NCBI GenBank assembly: GCA_036172245.1
Contig: JAYWIR010000009.1
Location: 3,472,001-3,536,000, forward strand
Origin: Raillietiella orientalis
Lineage: Eukaryota
Direction: 5' to 3'
Length of the DNA stretch: 64,000 nt
Shown here: piece after piece, positions 1 through 12,499 of the stretch
Layout of the letters: each line of letters opens with the position of its first letter
How positions within the stretch are numbered: the stretch's first letter is position 1
Notes under the pieces: generated by a model
Database searches by the model: none
What the model saw: the letters and a program-made list of their open reading frames with translations, nothing else
Told to the model about the DNA's origin: nothing
Translations under genes and position numbers: made by a program

Positions 1-1014
1 CGTTCGACCCCCTTTGAGGGCTTTGGGAGAGGCCTTGGGGCTTGGTCTCGTGGGGCGTCTGGGCTTGGGGACCCTACGAACAGGCGGGGCTCACCACCTC
101 CCACGCTGCAGCAACATTTATCACCTTCCGGTCCCACTGACCTGGAGGGGGGGGACGCGCGGTGTCCCGCATGTTCCGGGAGAGCTTTCCCGAGTCCCCG
201 ATCCACGCTGTCGCGCGCCTTTCGGGGGCCGATGGGACTTTCGGACGCGTCCGCGCTGCAAGCTCTTTCCGTCCCATGCCCTTTGTGGGCTCTAGTGGTC
301 CTGCTGCAGGCGAAAACCAAGTCCTCCACGAACAGGGGTCAGGTCTGCTGCTAGCTGACCTCGGAGCTCGCCACGTGCGCTCAGTCTCGGAAGTGGTTCC
401 TATCAGACCCCGGTGATGGTCGGAGCTGCCTGTGCCCCCTTTCTCCAGGGGATTGACCCGCCAGGAGCCGGAGGCGACTCCCTGCATGTCTCCTGAGCTC
501 GACACGACGAGTGCGGGTACTGCTGCGGAAAGGACATCCGTAAGGTTTTCCGGATCCCAGCAGACAACTCCGGGTACCTCCTCGTGCGGACCGCGCGTCG
601 CTCCGGCGGCTGTCGCCCGGGACGGTGGCGGCCTCGGGTGTTGCCGGAAGAGGCCAGTGGCGCCATCTTCGTCGTTCTCTTGCCAACGAGATGGCCCCGC
701 CTGGGAACCCTGTAGAAAACACCTGCCGGCACCCCTTGGAGGAATTTCTCTCCCCTCCAGCAGGACAGGGTCCTCCCTTGAGGTGCTAACGTTGCTTCGA
801 ACCGCAAGTTTTCCGACGTCTTCCTATAGGACGCGGAAGTCCCTCCACTGCCTCCGTCCTCCTCCCTCCCGCACGAAGACATACGGCCCCGTCTGTTCTC
901 GACCTACTGACTCACAAGCCTTGGCCTTTGTGGTCCCTGACCTCTTCTGCAGGCGCAACTGCACGTCTTCCTCTCCCGTTCCCCGCCCTCCCTTCGAGAC
1001 GCCCTGCAACCAGC

Positions 1015-1406
1015 CTTAGCCCTGGCAGCGCTCTGCTGCCTCCGGGGGATTGCAACAGAAGACGAGCCAACGATAGGGACACCCATCGGACACGCGGACC
1101 ACGATACCTGCGAATCGCGATCGGCTGGTCCCATCTGGGAGCTATGCAGAGGGACCTCGAGGGCATCCTGGAAAGGATGGTCTCTTCCTCCAGCGGACAG
1201 TGATCCCTTCCCAGCCCTCCAAAGTGTTTCTTTTTTTTTTGTTTCCTTTATTTTTCTTTTTGTTTTTTCCCCCATCCCCCTCCGCTGCCGAGGAGTGTCG
1301 AGACGGTCTGCGTGCCGGCTTCCCGGCAGGTCCCATGAACTATTGGCCGTAGCAGGCCTCAGATACACTGTGTTTAGAAATAAACGCCTTGGCGTGACCG
1401 GGTGAA
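1015..1406 (+). mobile_element. L1/Tx1-type LINE subfamily 1, 3' end (ORF2 C-terminus plus 3' UTR); decayed ORF2 may extend towards base 1
   Basis: Encodes YLRIAIGWSHLGAMQRDLEGILERM..SSGQ*. Shares CTCCAGCGGACAGTGATCCCTTCCC with ~32095-32119, then has a T-rich tract, AATAAA and the terminal motif GCCTTGGCGTGACCGGGTGAA. Confidence 0.75.
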
Positions 1407-3194
1407 GCGCCCTCCCTTCCGTGGGACTTCAGAGGATACCCGGCCCCCATCGTGATGCGTGCTCATCAAATTCAGGGGAGCGCCTCAGAGCCGCTGCGCG
1501 CAAAGCTCAGGAGACCGAGGTCTCACCGCTCAGCGATTCTGATCCACCTCCCTCCATTTATCTGTTGGCCTCGAGCTCTCCCCGCCTGCCTAGTGGATAG
1601 TCCCTCCTTCTATTGACAGATGACTCGTCCTTCTGGCCGCAAAATTTTTTTATTTTTTTTTCTTATTGATTGATTGATTTGAAATGGAGGCTCGGTACGT
1701 ATGGGACGAGCCGACGCGTGGATGTTCCTTGCAGTCGGTCCCGAAAACATGTCTGGAGCGCTCCTGGACTCCCCCTCTCTCGGCTTCGACCGATTTGCAG
1801 GAGGGAGGGGGAGGGGAGAAGGGACCGACAGGTGCCCTGCACTTCCCCCAGCTGATGGAACGAAAGGGCGGAGACGTGCCTCCCCGAATGGCTGCTGAGC
1901 CCTTCCTACATTCGTCTGCTCTCGTCCTTCCCAGGGACCTCTTCAAGCGAGTCCCGGGGAACCTTCCTTTCATCAAGACAAGCTGGCAGGAGCTGCTTTC
2001 TTTCCCTCCTGGGTCCAGGTTTTTTTTCCACAGCCGGAACTGCTCCGGGGCAGCCGCCCTTCGAGTCGTTTCCCTTCCCTTTCTCGACAGGGAAGAAGCG
2101 GCCCGGGGGATTCGGGATTACCATGGCGGACGCAAAAAAGATGGGCCTTCCCGAAGGAGGGCCGGCCATACGCTGGCCACAGGAGGGGCATCCGCTCCTG
2201 AAATCTCTGGATGGAAGACGCGGCAGTTCAGGAGCTGAAGGTGTCACTAAAGGCCGAAACTGTAATCGAAACTGTGGACTTCTCGGGAGGTCATATGACC
2301 TTCCGAGTCTCCTCTCATCCCGGGGAATCAAAGACCAGAGCGAACCAGTGGCGCCTTCGATGTCCGCTTCCATCCCCTGTGCAAAAGAGCGCATATCGCG
2401 GGGCCGGTAAGCCATCACCTTGAGGGAGATCCAGATGCGCCTTGAAGTGATGGTTGTGCAGACACGTCAAGCGCATCATCTCGCAACAGCTTCCCGGAAC
2501 ACTCCTGGGGGAGGATGCTGAGAAGCCTGCGTTCGCACGCATCCCGATATCTCCCGGATCGTTGTCAAACAGTTTCCATGGTGGCTCAATCTCGGAAAGG
2601 AGCTACACCCGCTTCTCTGAGATGCTACTGTCTCCGTGGCACGCCCTGTTATGGATATAAAATTGCTCAAGGAAGAGAGGTCAGGTGACCAGGCAGAATG
2701 AAACTGCTCCCTCTGGTGTTGGCAGTGGTGTTTGTTGTCTCTCCAGAGCGTCCATCCGTCTGCCTCTTCCATTAGCGATGACCATTCAAGGAGATGAAAG
2801 CACGATGCGTTGCCAAGGAGCCTCGCTGAAAGGAGAGTTGCAGATGAGTCTTTTCGGACGCTCCAAGGGTGGTAGCACTCGCACGGGATGCGGATGGAGC
2901 TCTCCTGAACGCAGGATGGATGTGGACCAAACAGCGCCTTCCTGGTGTCGTCTCAGTGCGCTAAGCAAGGGGAAGAAAGCGGTTGCACGTGAATGCCTTG
3001 GTCGGAAAGAATGAGAAAGGACAAGAGACACACCTTATTCCCATTCCTCCAGCGCGCGGGAGTTGAGCTTTCCAAGACCAGTTTTGGGGAGGAGTAGGAT
3101 GCGAAAAGGGAGGGATTCTCAGGAGACGGAAGGGAAAACGCGATTCGAAGCAGCGCAGCGCAGGGTAGCAAGGTGGAATACACATGGCGGTAGC

Positions 3195-3665
3195 GGCGAT
3201 GGAGTAGGAGTAGGAGAAGTAGGGGAAGGAGGACTACCAGTAGCAGGAAGAGGAGAAGGAAGTGGTAGAGTAGCACTAGAAGGAGAAGGAGTAGGAGTGC
3301 TAGCAGCAGGCGGCGTAGGAAAAGTACGAATGGGAGTTGTAGGAGCACTGGGAATTGAAGCTCTCGGAGCAGTAGTAAAAGTATTAGCAGTAGTGCTACT
3401 GATAGTAGTAGCAAAAAAGAGTACAAGTATAAGCAGGAGAAGGAGGAGGAAGAGGAGAAGGAGGAAGGGAGTAAGAGGAAAGGAAGAGGAAGAAGAGAAA
3501 GGGAGGGAGGAGGAGAGGGCATTCAGCGTCAGGATTCATGGAACGAGCGCGCTAGCGGGAAGAGGGAGAAGGAGGAGGAAGAGAAAGGGAGTAAGAGAAA
3601 AGACGGAGAAGAAAGGGAGGAGGAGGAGGAGAGGGCATTTAGCATCGAGATTCATTGGACGAATG
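3195..3665. repeat. Purine-rich low-complexity tract (GGA/GTA/GAA) ending in a ~120-nt imperfect tandem duplication
   Basis: AAGGGAGTAAGAG...GGAGAGGGCATT...GATTCAT occurs twice (about 3465-3545 and 3585-3662). Confidence 0.85.
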
Positions 3666-5867
3666 GGTCAGTGGGAGCCCAGCTCGATGGAGATGTAGTG
3701 CAAGCGCCGAAAGGCAGTGGGACCCAGCAGAGTCGGCGGCGTCAGAATGAAGCTGGCTCCAGAGCACGGATCAACCAGAGGAGGCTACCGTCTCGGCACA
3801 CCTTCCTCTGCGGTGGCGGCCAATTAATCGCAGAAAGTTTCCTCTCTGTCGGAGAGTGTCCGACGGAGCAAGGAGGAAACTTTGGACAGCCGAATGCGCG
3901 CCGCCCGTCCCATCATTGCAAGCTGCTGCTTCCGAAAAATACGAGCTGCTGCTCGGCGCTCCCTCTTCCCTTTCCTTGTGGAGAGGGCAAAGGGGGGAAC
4001 GAGCTGCTGCGCTGGTTTTTTGCGCTCGCACGTCCAGAAGATCCGCGGAGGGTGGGCAAAGAGTCTGGCGCAGCTTCCTGCCCTGCTTCGCTCCCTCTCC
4101 CATCTGCCGCGGCTTCGCCTTCTCGGAGAGCAGTGGAAGATAGGAAGGCGTCGCCGGCGGCTCGCCCAGACCCACGACGCCTTCCTCGCGCGATTCCCAG
4201 GAGAACGGTCGCAGCGGGCTCTTCCCGAGAGCGTCACTCCCCCTCGACCTTTTGCCACATCAGCTTCTGCTCGAGCTCGGAGTTATTCGGCGCGAAGCAA
4301 TCCTGGAAACTCCCACCCTCTGTGCCGGCGGCCACCATCAGAGCTCAGTCATCGTCCCTATTCGAACGGTCCCGATGTCCGCAGGCGGCCTTTGTGACCC
4401 GGTCAGGCGTGCGTGCCGAGTGCCGTCAGACTGGTCCACCATCTATCCCATTTGCTCGTCGGCTTTCCACTCCTCGCCATCCGCGTCCCCAGTGGGAGCG
4501 GCTCCTTTGGTTTTGGGTCTGCCCTGGAAATCCAAGGACGAGGTCAGGAGTGTTCCGTTGTGTTGCCCCTAGAGGAGATCCTGTCGTCCCCTTGACAGAA
4601 ACTTTTGGGCGGCAGGGACCACCGAAGAAGTGGAGGAGACTGGAAGACGGGACTTTCCTCAACAAGAGCGCCATCAGACTTCTGTAGAATCCATCCCTGG
4701 AAGCATTCTGAATGACGTCACCCTGACTCCCATTCAAGACGCCCCCACCTCCTACATCGGTGGGGAAAGGAAGATGTTGATGCTCCTGCTGCATGACTTC
4801 GTCTCCGGGTGACTGCCGGATCGCTGTGGCCACCAAACGAAAAACACTCCTCTACGAGGTCCCTAAAGTTTGATGGAGTCATTGGGGATCCCCAGTTCAT
4901 ACCGATGGTCCTTTTCCTGCGTTACCAGCAGGCTGCCATCTTTCTGGCACTTTGGAAGCTACTTCCAGATGAGGGACCTCCTCCTCAGAGGGATGAGTGG
5001 GGTGAGTATCCCAGGAGTTCACCCTCTGCGAGACAGTTACTGTACGTGTCTCTGGAATGAGGTAAGGGGGGGTCAAGACCGAATCTGGGGCTGCCAGGCC
5101 CATCTCTACACGGAAGGCGTCCCGGCCGGCAAACAAGGAACCGGGGAGCGGCAAACCTTATCCCGAGGGTCCAGGTGTTCCTGCCCAGGAGGTTCATCCA
5201 GTATGGCAGGCTGCAGAAGAGGTGAAAGAGAGAGAGAGGAAACTGTCCTCATCCCTTATGCTCCCGAACTTCTCCGACGAAGAACTCCCTCGTCGCCACT
5301 GCCAGTCTGATGCTGCCCTTTGCTTTCCCATCCAAGTAACAGCGCCGTCTTCCCTTTGAGGAAGGCGCCTGACCAACGCTGCTCCAGAAGTCAGCTCCGT
5401 CCTCGGTCCTATAGGTCATCAGGGGAACGGCAGAGAGAGTTTCCGAGTCGCGCATCCGTCCCGATCGCTGTCAACGCCCTCCGCGGCATCTCCGAGGCGG
5501 GAAAACGCTGGCCGTCTCGGGCAGGTGCGCACCAAGACGCTCCTGCCCGTGGGCGCAGAGAAGTGACGTCAGTGGTTTCCCCTGAAAGTGCCGCAGCGAG
5601 ACAGCAAAACTTGTTTTGCGCGATGGACCAGCAGGTTACCGTGCCGTGTCCACCGCAAAGCAGGAAGGGAAAAAAGGAAGAAGAAAAACGGTTGGGGATT
5701 TATTCACGAACCCCCAGGTGGACGCCGCCGAGGCACCTTCCTCCGTCACAGTCACTCCGCTCCCCCCGCTTCAGGAGACCGCCGTCCTGGGAGCCACTCC
5801 CAACGCCCCGAAGGCCATCCCCTCTGCGATGGTGGGCATCCGAGGGAACCTGCCGCTTTTGCCGCGC

Positions 5868-5922
5868 CTCCAGGACCGACGGCCTCCTGCGCTGCCTGCG
5901 CAGGAGGCCGTCGGTCCTGGAG
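5868..5922. repeat. Perfect 25-bp inverted repeat with a 5-nt loop
   Basis: CTCCAGGACCGACGGCCTCCTGCGC-TGCCT-GCGCAGGAGGCCGTCGGTCCTGGAG. Confidence 0.97.
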
Positions 5923-6029
5923 TTTTGATGGGCCAATCAGAAGGCACGTCCGCTTCACGGGAGCGGTGTTCAGAAGGAAAGAACTCTCCTTTTCCCGTCT
6001 CCCAGGTGCGATCCCCACCTCCCGCTTCC

Positions 6030-7760
6030 GCCCAGCAACGTGGGAGTGCTCCTGCGCAACTGCGGGAGTGACCAAACCCCCCAAGCGAGCTGGTGGAAGT
6101 CGTCTCTCCTCGTACAAGAGCGAAGGGAACACGCCGGTGCTCCAAGCTGTTGGGTACATCATTCCCCCCCCAGACTAACTCGTTGTCCCTCCGTGTTCGA
6201 ACACTTCTGCGTTTCCCTCAAGCTGGGGGCAGGTTGTGCTGCTATTTCTGCACTAAGGCTTCCAGTGCAATCCGCTCATGAGCCTCGCCGAACTGCTGTT
6301 CCAGGTGCGGGTCAGTTGATACCCGGTTGCGCCGGGGCGGCTTATTAATATAAAAAGCAACATACAAGTCAGTGGCATGATGCTTGGTCCTGCCACGTTA
6401 CATACATATTCAAGAAGGATCCTGCCAGGAACCGGCATGCAGCACGGCGAGGTTCGCCTCGGCAATAGAGGGAAGGAGGGGGAAGAAACAAAGGGAAGGA
6501 AAAAAACAAAAAACACATGCAAAAGAATTGAGAGTGCTCGGGAAGGGATCACCGGGTTCTGGAGGGCGTCCTCTGCATCTTTGCAAGGATGCCGGCAAAT
6601 TCCTCTTTCAGGATCCCCAGATGGGACCATCTTGACGCTATCCTCATGAAGAGAACAGCAAAGCAGATGGCGTCCCTGTCGTCCTGGCCTCCCCTTGCAT
6701 CGTTCCATGCAGCCACGGTCCTGCAGCGTAGGCAATACAGTGCTGCTAGGGATGCAGCCTCTGCTCTGCAAGAGGCGCTTCAGGTTTCCTGGGTTGCCCT
6801 CGGGGATCTGCAAGGACACGACAAGGCTTTCTCACAGGGGGCAGAGGGCCACACAGTCCACGAGCAGGTGAGGGAGGGACTCTTTTTGCCACACCTGCTG
6901 CAGTTGGAGCTCACCTCGTACTCCAGGTCCAATGGTGTTGGAGGGCGTAGCCAGGGAGCCCCCCCAATGCAACAGAAGGATCGCCGACCCCTGCCACTTT
7001 GGGGAGAGGGTTGCACTGTTCAGCCCGCTGGGGGCCACCCTACCTCCTCTGGAGGAACTTCTAGTAGTTCTTCCCAGCGTCCTTTTAGAGGGACACTCGG
7101 GTGGAAGCATCTGTCAGCTCCCGAGTTGTCCATGCATTTAGATGTTTTCTTCTATTTTCGATAGTGCACGCCACCCTCTTGCTGGAAGGTCGCTGTCCCT
7201 GCGGGTCGGCGGAGTCATTCCCGTGCCTGCCTTTCGACTTGGGTGACCGCGGCGGACCGTGACATAGGATGAGCTTCGACGCTTCAGCAGCAGGAGGACA
7301 CCGCCCGTGACCTGCCGCGGAGGTTCTTCGCGTGCGGGGCGACGGACTTTTCGACTGGCGCAGCGATCGCGACGGCGCGCTGCATCCGCGCCGTCGTCAC
7401 AACCCGCCATTTGTTGGAGTTTCGGGAGCAGTGAAGGAAGGTCACCATTATGGCAGCCGCCCAGAAGGGGGACGGCTGCAAGGTGACCCCACCTGGAGAA
7501 AGAAGTGTGGACACGGATCTCCGGCATGTAGCATCGGTTCTGAAGAGAAGGAACGGCTGACACCGATTACCCTTGTCCTCACCCCTTCTTACTTTCTTTC
7601 TTTATTATCCACTCCCTTTCCAACTTTTAGATGTCCCGACCTGAGTATCAGTGGACCCTCCCCTTGCACCTCTTTTGTCTTCTTGTCTAGAGAACTCGGT
7701 TCCCAACCGGTTTGTAGTTTTTTTCCCTTTATTAAATGAAGGCCCCCGGGAGTGACCGTA
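6030..7760 (+). mobile_element. L1/Tx1-type LINE subfamily 2, 3' part, split into 6030-6313 and 7200-7760 by a nested insertion
   Basis: 6040-6290 is highly similar (long exact runs) to the reverse complement of 57888-58140, and 7200-7470 continues the alignment with 57600-57850. The joined halves read NC.SRCG|SAESFPCLPFD. Confidence 0.8.
6314..7130 (-). mobile_element. L1/Tx1-type LINE subfamily 1, 3' fragment nested in a subfamily 2 copy
   Basis: The frameshifted translation ...LLLHWG...NCSRCGK-ESLPHLLVDCVALCPL...RWSHLGILKEEFAGILAKM contains the C..C....H....C zinc-binding (zf-RVT-type) module of L1-clade ORF2. Confidence 0.8.
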
Positions 7761-8261
7761 GGAGAGATGCCCCACTTCCACTAAGGCATTCGCGCTGCTG
7801 CAGATCAGAAACTCCGTCCCCTATGACTTCCGTGTCTCCGGTGCCCCAAGGCTGTTCTCTGAAATTGTTGTCGTCCTCTTTATCGGCCTCGCTTGCAAGT
7901 TTTTGAGCTCCGCGTCCCCCGTCGCCATCATCTGTGCCGAGACGCCGGTCGCAACTCTTCGTCAGAGTTATCACGGATCTCCAAGCGCAAGCCGCGCTCC
8001 ATGCCCTTCGTTTCTCGCAGTCTTCCTCTGTTAACGAATGGATGAACTCCGATCATCAGGGCTTATAAATTACCAGGAATTACTATTTATAAATCATTTA
8101 TTATTGATGCAGATTCTTACTACTTCCGGAAAATTCGCGCAGTTGAACTCGAGCAGCCGTGAGGGAGGGAGGGGGAAGGGAGAAGAAAAAGAAGTCACTT
8201 CTGTAGACTTGGAGATCCAGAAGTCAGCATCAACCCTCTAGGGAGAACCGGTGAAGGTTTG

Positions 8262-8750
8262 CCATGCTCCTGCGTGTCTTGCCAAGGTGATTCCCGCGCG
8301 ACCGGCGAGACGACGGTCTTCTGTCGCCTCTTCGAGAAGTTCGACTGGTCCTGGCGCAGGGGGCGCTCGCTGTCTGTACGACCGGAAGTCCGGCTCCCTC
8401 GTTCCGTTCCTGCGGAGGCATCAGCTCGTCTGCCCGGAGCACCACAACCCCGCAGATTACGTAGCGGAGGTGGCCGTTGCGACCGCTCCTGAAGACTGGC
8501 GCCGGAGTCGGTCGCCAACTGCCAGCCTCCCTCCGCCACCTCCGCCGCCGCCAACGGCTCGGCGCGCTACTCCCTGCCGGGACGAGAACGCCATGTCCGC
8601 CTGCTTCCTGCCGACCGAGAATGGGAGCAGTTCCGCGTGCTCTTCTTTCGGAACCTCTCGTCCATCTTGAGAGACGGGATGTCCACCAGACTCCGGCTGG
8701 TTCTCCCACGTGTTCGTCAGCCCTCTCATCAGCCTGCTTGTCCGCCGCGT
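8262..8750 (+). pseudogene. ABCG-family (ABCG1/White-like) half-transporter fragment, frameshifted
   Basis: Collinear motifs lie in different frames: RLFEKFD; CLYDRKSGSLVPFLRRHQLVCPEHHNPADYVAEVA (ABCG NPAD motif); WEQFRVLFFRNLSSILRDGMSTRLRL (from 8622); FSHVFVSPLISLLV (start of TM1). There are at least three frame changes, the H-loop (TIHQP) is missing, and no Walker A or signature motif is seen. Confidence 0.85.
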
Positions 8751-11159
8751 TCACCGCCACGCATGTTGAGGGGATTCGTCAAAAACTGCACGCATATCGT
8801 CGAGCGTTGACAAACCGTTCGTTGCTAGGTCACCCAGGGGCGTCTTTTCTCCACATGTGAAAGGATGACAAGCATACAGAGGAACGTCATCTTCTACGTG
8901 AAGGGATGACGTGGATACGGAAAACAAATTGGTAGGTCGCACCCTGTGGAGCTCAGACGCGGTCGTGGCCGCAGGGCACTGTTGCGTTCACTAGGGAGGC
9001 TTGAAAGAAACAGAGGGAAATAAAGAAAACATGAAGAGACAAAAAGATCTGATGAAGTGTGCCGGCGAGAGTGACTGCTTCCTCGACCGTCCCCTGGAGA
9101 GTTCGCACTCGGCGCCGGAGATCCCGTTGCTGGCTGTTGTCCAATCTAGGAAGGGGAAAAAAGGGTCTGCGGAAGACGGATCTGCCGTGATTTGCGGCGA
9201 CGGCGCGAGATGGTGCTGGGCAAGTGACGCTGCCCCCCCCCCCCCCCTCCTTTTCCCTGCAAATCCCCCGAAGTATTCCGTCCCGCCGACCGACCGCCTC
9301 GCGCCGCGCGAAACGGGGGAGGCTTTCGGGCCGGCGGCCCGTCGGCGACTCGGACTGTCCCTGCGGGGCGCGCGCGCTTCGTGGGTGAGGGAAGGGCGCC
9401 GTCCGCGCGGACCGCTCAGGTGGCCGACGGACGAGCACGCGGGATGGCTCGGGAGGAGACTTTCGCCACGCTGGGAGCTGGAGTCCTCTGAAGCCGGGGA
9501 CGGCCTCGAGGTGGGGCAGCGGGCCAGGAAGGCGAGTTCTCGGTTGGCTCCCATCCGCGGCCCTTCCAGAGCCGGGCGGGAGCAACGGAAAGGACGGCGG
9601 AGTCGAGCAGCGAGCGACTGCGGGAGTGACGGGGATTTTCCGGCCTGAACGGCTGTAAAATACTTCTCAAAGTCCCTTCGATTCCGGCCAGAGCAGGTCG
9701 CCATGGCGATCCCTGATCTCCCTTAACATGAATTTTCAATGGCGAGCACGTCCCGTCTGCCCAAGCGTTTATGTAGTTGGACAAATAATTCCAATCGGGC
9801 GATCCTAGCGTTTTCCAGGATTCGGATGGATTTTCCTTTCCCATCCGAGGGAGGAGGAGGAGGAGGGGGGGGGGGGGAAGTCGACGCTGAAACATGAGCA
9901 GGAAATTGCTCCCGCTCGCGGCCGCAGCGCCAGTCACCCTTGAGCCTCGGGAGAGCATGATCCCCGCTTTGGACGGAAGCCCTTTGGAAGCCTTCGGAAG
10001 GAGGGAACGAATGCCCTTTTGAACTCAGGTGTGGACAAGGATGGATTCCGTCTTCCGGATGGACCTCCAGCGCCGACCGCAGGCGGAAGGGAGCTCCTTC
10101 GCTCGGTGCAGGGCAGCGGGCGTAGGGAGGAGGAAGGGGGGCTTTTCGCCTCGCGGACTGCGGCCCGCGGCTCCAACAATGCGGAAGCGCGCCGGCTTCG
10201 CGCCCGTTACGTCATTTCCCCTAGCGAATCATAATGCAAGCCTGGAAGTGCATTGCACTTATTTTCGGTCTACTCGCCTTCTGGAAGATTCTCCGCCGTG
10301 GTGCCGCGTGTTTTTCCTTGCGCGAATAGCTCGCCGCGCACAATTTAGAACGGTGCAACATTACAAAGTGGGATTACAACGCGTTAGATTGAATGCTTTC
10401 CCTGTCTCTCGCATGTGAGCCCTTCCGAGCCGATGAACCAACGGATAGGATGATTGCTCCTCGCCAGCCCGTGAAGAGCAAGATACTTCGAAGATACTTC
10501 CTGTCATAAATGCCCTTCGGGGCGGGTCGCCCCTGGACAAATAGACATGGACGAAACGTTTGAACGTTAAGGTCAGTCGCCTATGCAAATGCATCTATGT
10601 TCACGTTTACGTGTACGCGTTTGCGTGCGTGCATAATATTGTACCCATTTTTTCTTCCAGGAGAGAATCACTCTATCCGAACTTGCCCTATGACTGTTTC
10701 CGCCGTTCGTCTCGATGACGGTCTCCTCGGAGACCAAGAGCGGCTCTCGCCCCACGCGACCGGAAGGCCTTTCCGTCGCAGCGGGCTGCAGGCGACCCAT
10801 CGCTGGCCTGGAGCTGGAAGGAGTGACCTTAGCGTCCGCATCCAGGAGCTCTGTCTTTGCTGCGGTCCCTCCTTATACCAGATTTGGGAAAGGAATCGAG
10901 AGCTGCTGTGGCTGCTTTTTTTTTTTGGAAAATCATAAGCCACGTACATCTGGAGCTGGGAAGCATAATGGAAACCCTTTTGGATTCTTCTGTTTTCGCT
11001 GCTTTTCTTCCATTTTTTTTTTCTCAAAAAGTGCTGGAGAACCGTTCGCCTCCTTAGGGGTGAATCACAAAGCTCTTTTAACACTGTTTGAGCCATCCAA
11101 GGGTGCGCGTAACTGGAGGAAGGCTCTGGAGGAAGCAGTCAGTGCCTCTTACGCTTGGT

Positions 11160-11696
11160 AGCGACTCCGAAAAGAACATCCTTATTCTCTCTGGAGGGAC
11201 ACCGAGGACGGGGTCACTTCTCATTTTATCTCCGGAGGGAAGCTGGAAAAGATCCGCTCATTGTTTTCTCCTCTGAAGAGAACCCCGAAAGGCGCTCCCC
11301 GAAAGGAGCAGCGCGCTTCTTACACTCTGGAGAGGCAGTCCCCCAAGGGGGTATCTACCAGCTCCCTGGTACGAGATGGAACGTCCCTCCACCAAGAAAA
11401 GGGACGGTTCCATTTGCACAACAGAAGGGAAACACCGAAGGGCTCCTTGATTCCTGAAATGACCCGGAGAATCAGCTTCCAGTCCCGGTTGGTCAACGGA
11501 GGCATCCAGTTTTCGGCTTCCACCAGTGCCTTACCCGAAGAGGCCAACAAGAGTCATTCTGCCGGGGGAGGGAGGATTCGAAGCCTACGACACACTCCCC
11601 GTTCTCGGCGTTCTATCCTATCCAGGGTGGTATTCGAACCCATCAACGCTTGGTACAACGCTCGGAAACCGCAGTCAAACGGCTGCTGACGCAGTC
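11160..11696 (-). mobile_element. tRNA-derived SINE-like element, 3'-truncated
   Basis: B box (plus strand GTATTCGAACCC near 11630). CCTCTGAAGAGAACCCCGAA is shared with 37122-37141. Confidence 0.65.
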
Positions 11697-11859
11697 CAAG
11701 CGTTGCTTGGCTGCTTTAAGCTGTTCACCCTCTCCACACAAGTCAGCTTGCGTTCTCTCGCGAACCAGAAGATCAAAGCCGAGTCGAGGTCTTGCAATTC
11801 GGGGCTGCGTGCCTGCCGCAGCAACCGGACCCCGGGGAGCTCGGTACGCCGCCTCCTGA

Positions 11860-12440
11860 GGAAGTTCCACTTTTCCACTTTTCTGCCAAGGCATTCGTGG
11901 AACACGAATGTTCCCAGCAGCTGCTTCCGGAGGGAGTTCTTGCGATTAAGGGGAAGGAGAGGGTGAAGCGCAAGCGCTCCGGTGTATCCTCTTTTCTGGG
12001 AAAGATCCTGTTCTCCACAGAAGAGCTCGAGAAGCATCAATCTCCAGGAGAGGACGGAGCTGCCGGCAGTCTTCCACTGTAGGTTTGCTGCAGAGCTGGA
12101 TCAGCTGCTGGCGGTTGCCTTCCGTCCAGCCAGACTTAACTTCCTTCCCAGAGGAGGAGTCTCGCGCAACCTTGGCATTTGACGTTCCATCATTGGACAT
12201 CGTTTTCTGCAAAGACCCCTGCACCGTGCACATTGGACAGGTGGAGAACTCACCGGTTAGTCCCGGGGAGGACACCCTCTGCTCCCGTGAGGAGCACGAA
12301 GGCCAACCTGTTCTTCGTAAAGATTTGGTTTCGGCTGTGCAAGTGGACCGCAGGACTGACAGGGACCAATCTGACCGGGACTATACGGTGGTCAGCCCCT
12401 CTTGGAAGGGGAACAGCTCTTACAAGCGAAAAGTGTGAGC
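11860..12440 (+). mobile_element. Decayed non-LTR reverse transcriptase fragment (domains 0-2)
   Basis: Across frames: KHQSPGEDG / LPAVFHCRFAAELDQLLAVAF / KDP / LDRWRT..L, resembling the L1-clade K.PG.DGLP.EF...DP...WRPI pattern. Confidence 0.55.
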
Positions 12441-12499
12441 GAGCTTCCAAAGGCGCTCAAAGCACGGGCCTTACTCCCCTGCTTCCCCCCCCCTTTCAC

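Noticed and set aside
2221..2270. Hammerhead-like sequence CTGAAGG-TGTC-ACTAAA-GGCC-GAAAC
   Set aside because: The core deviates from CUGANGA, stem I cannot be formed, and no second copy or Penelope ORF is visible.
8038..8075. MDELRSSGL as the Walker B/D-loop of the ABCG fragment
   Set aside because: Short, imperfect match, too far upstream and in compositionally different AT-rich DNA.
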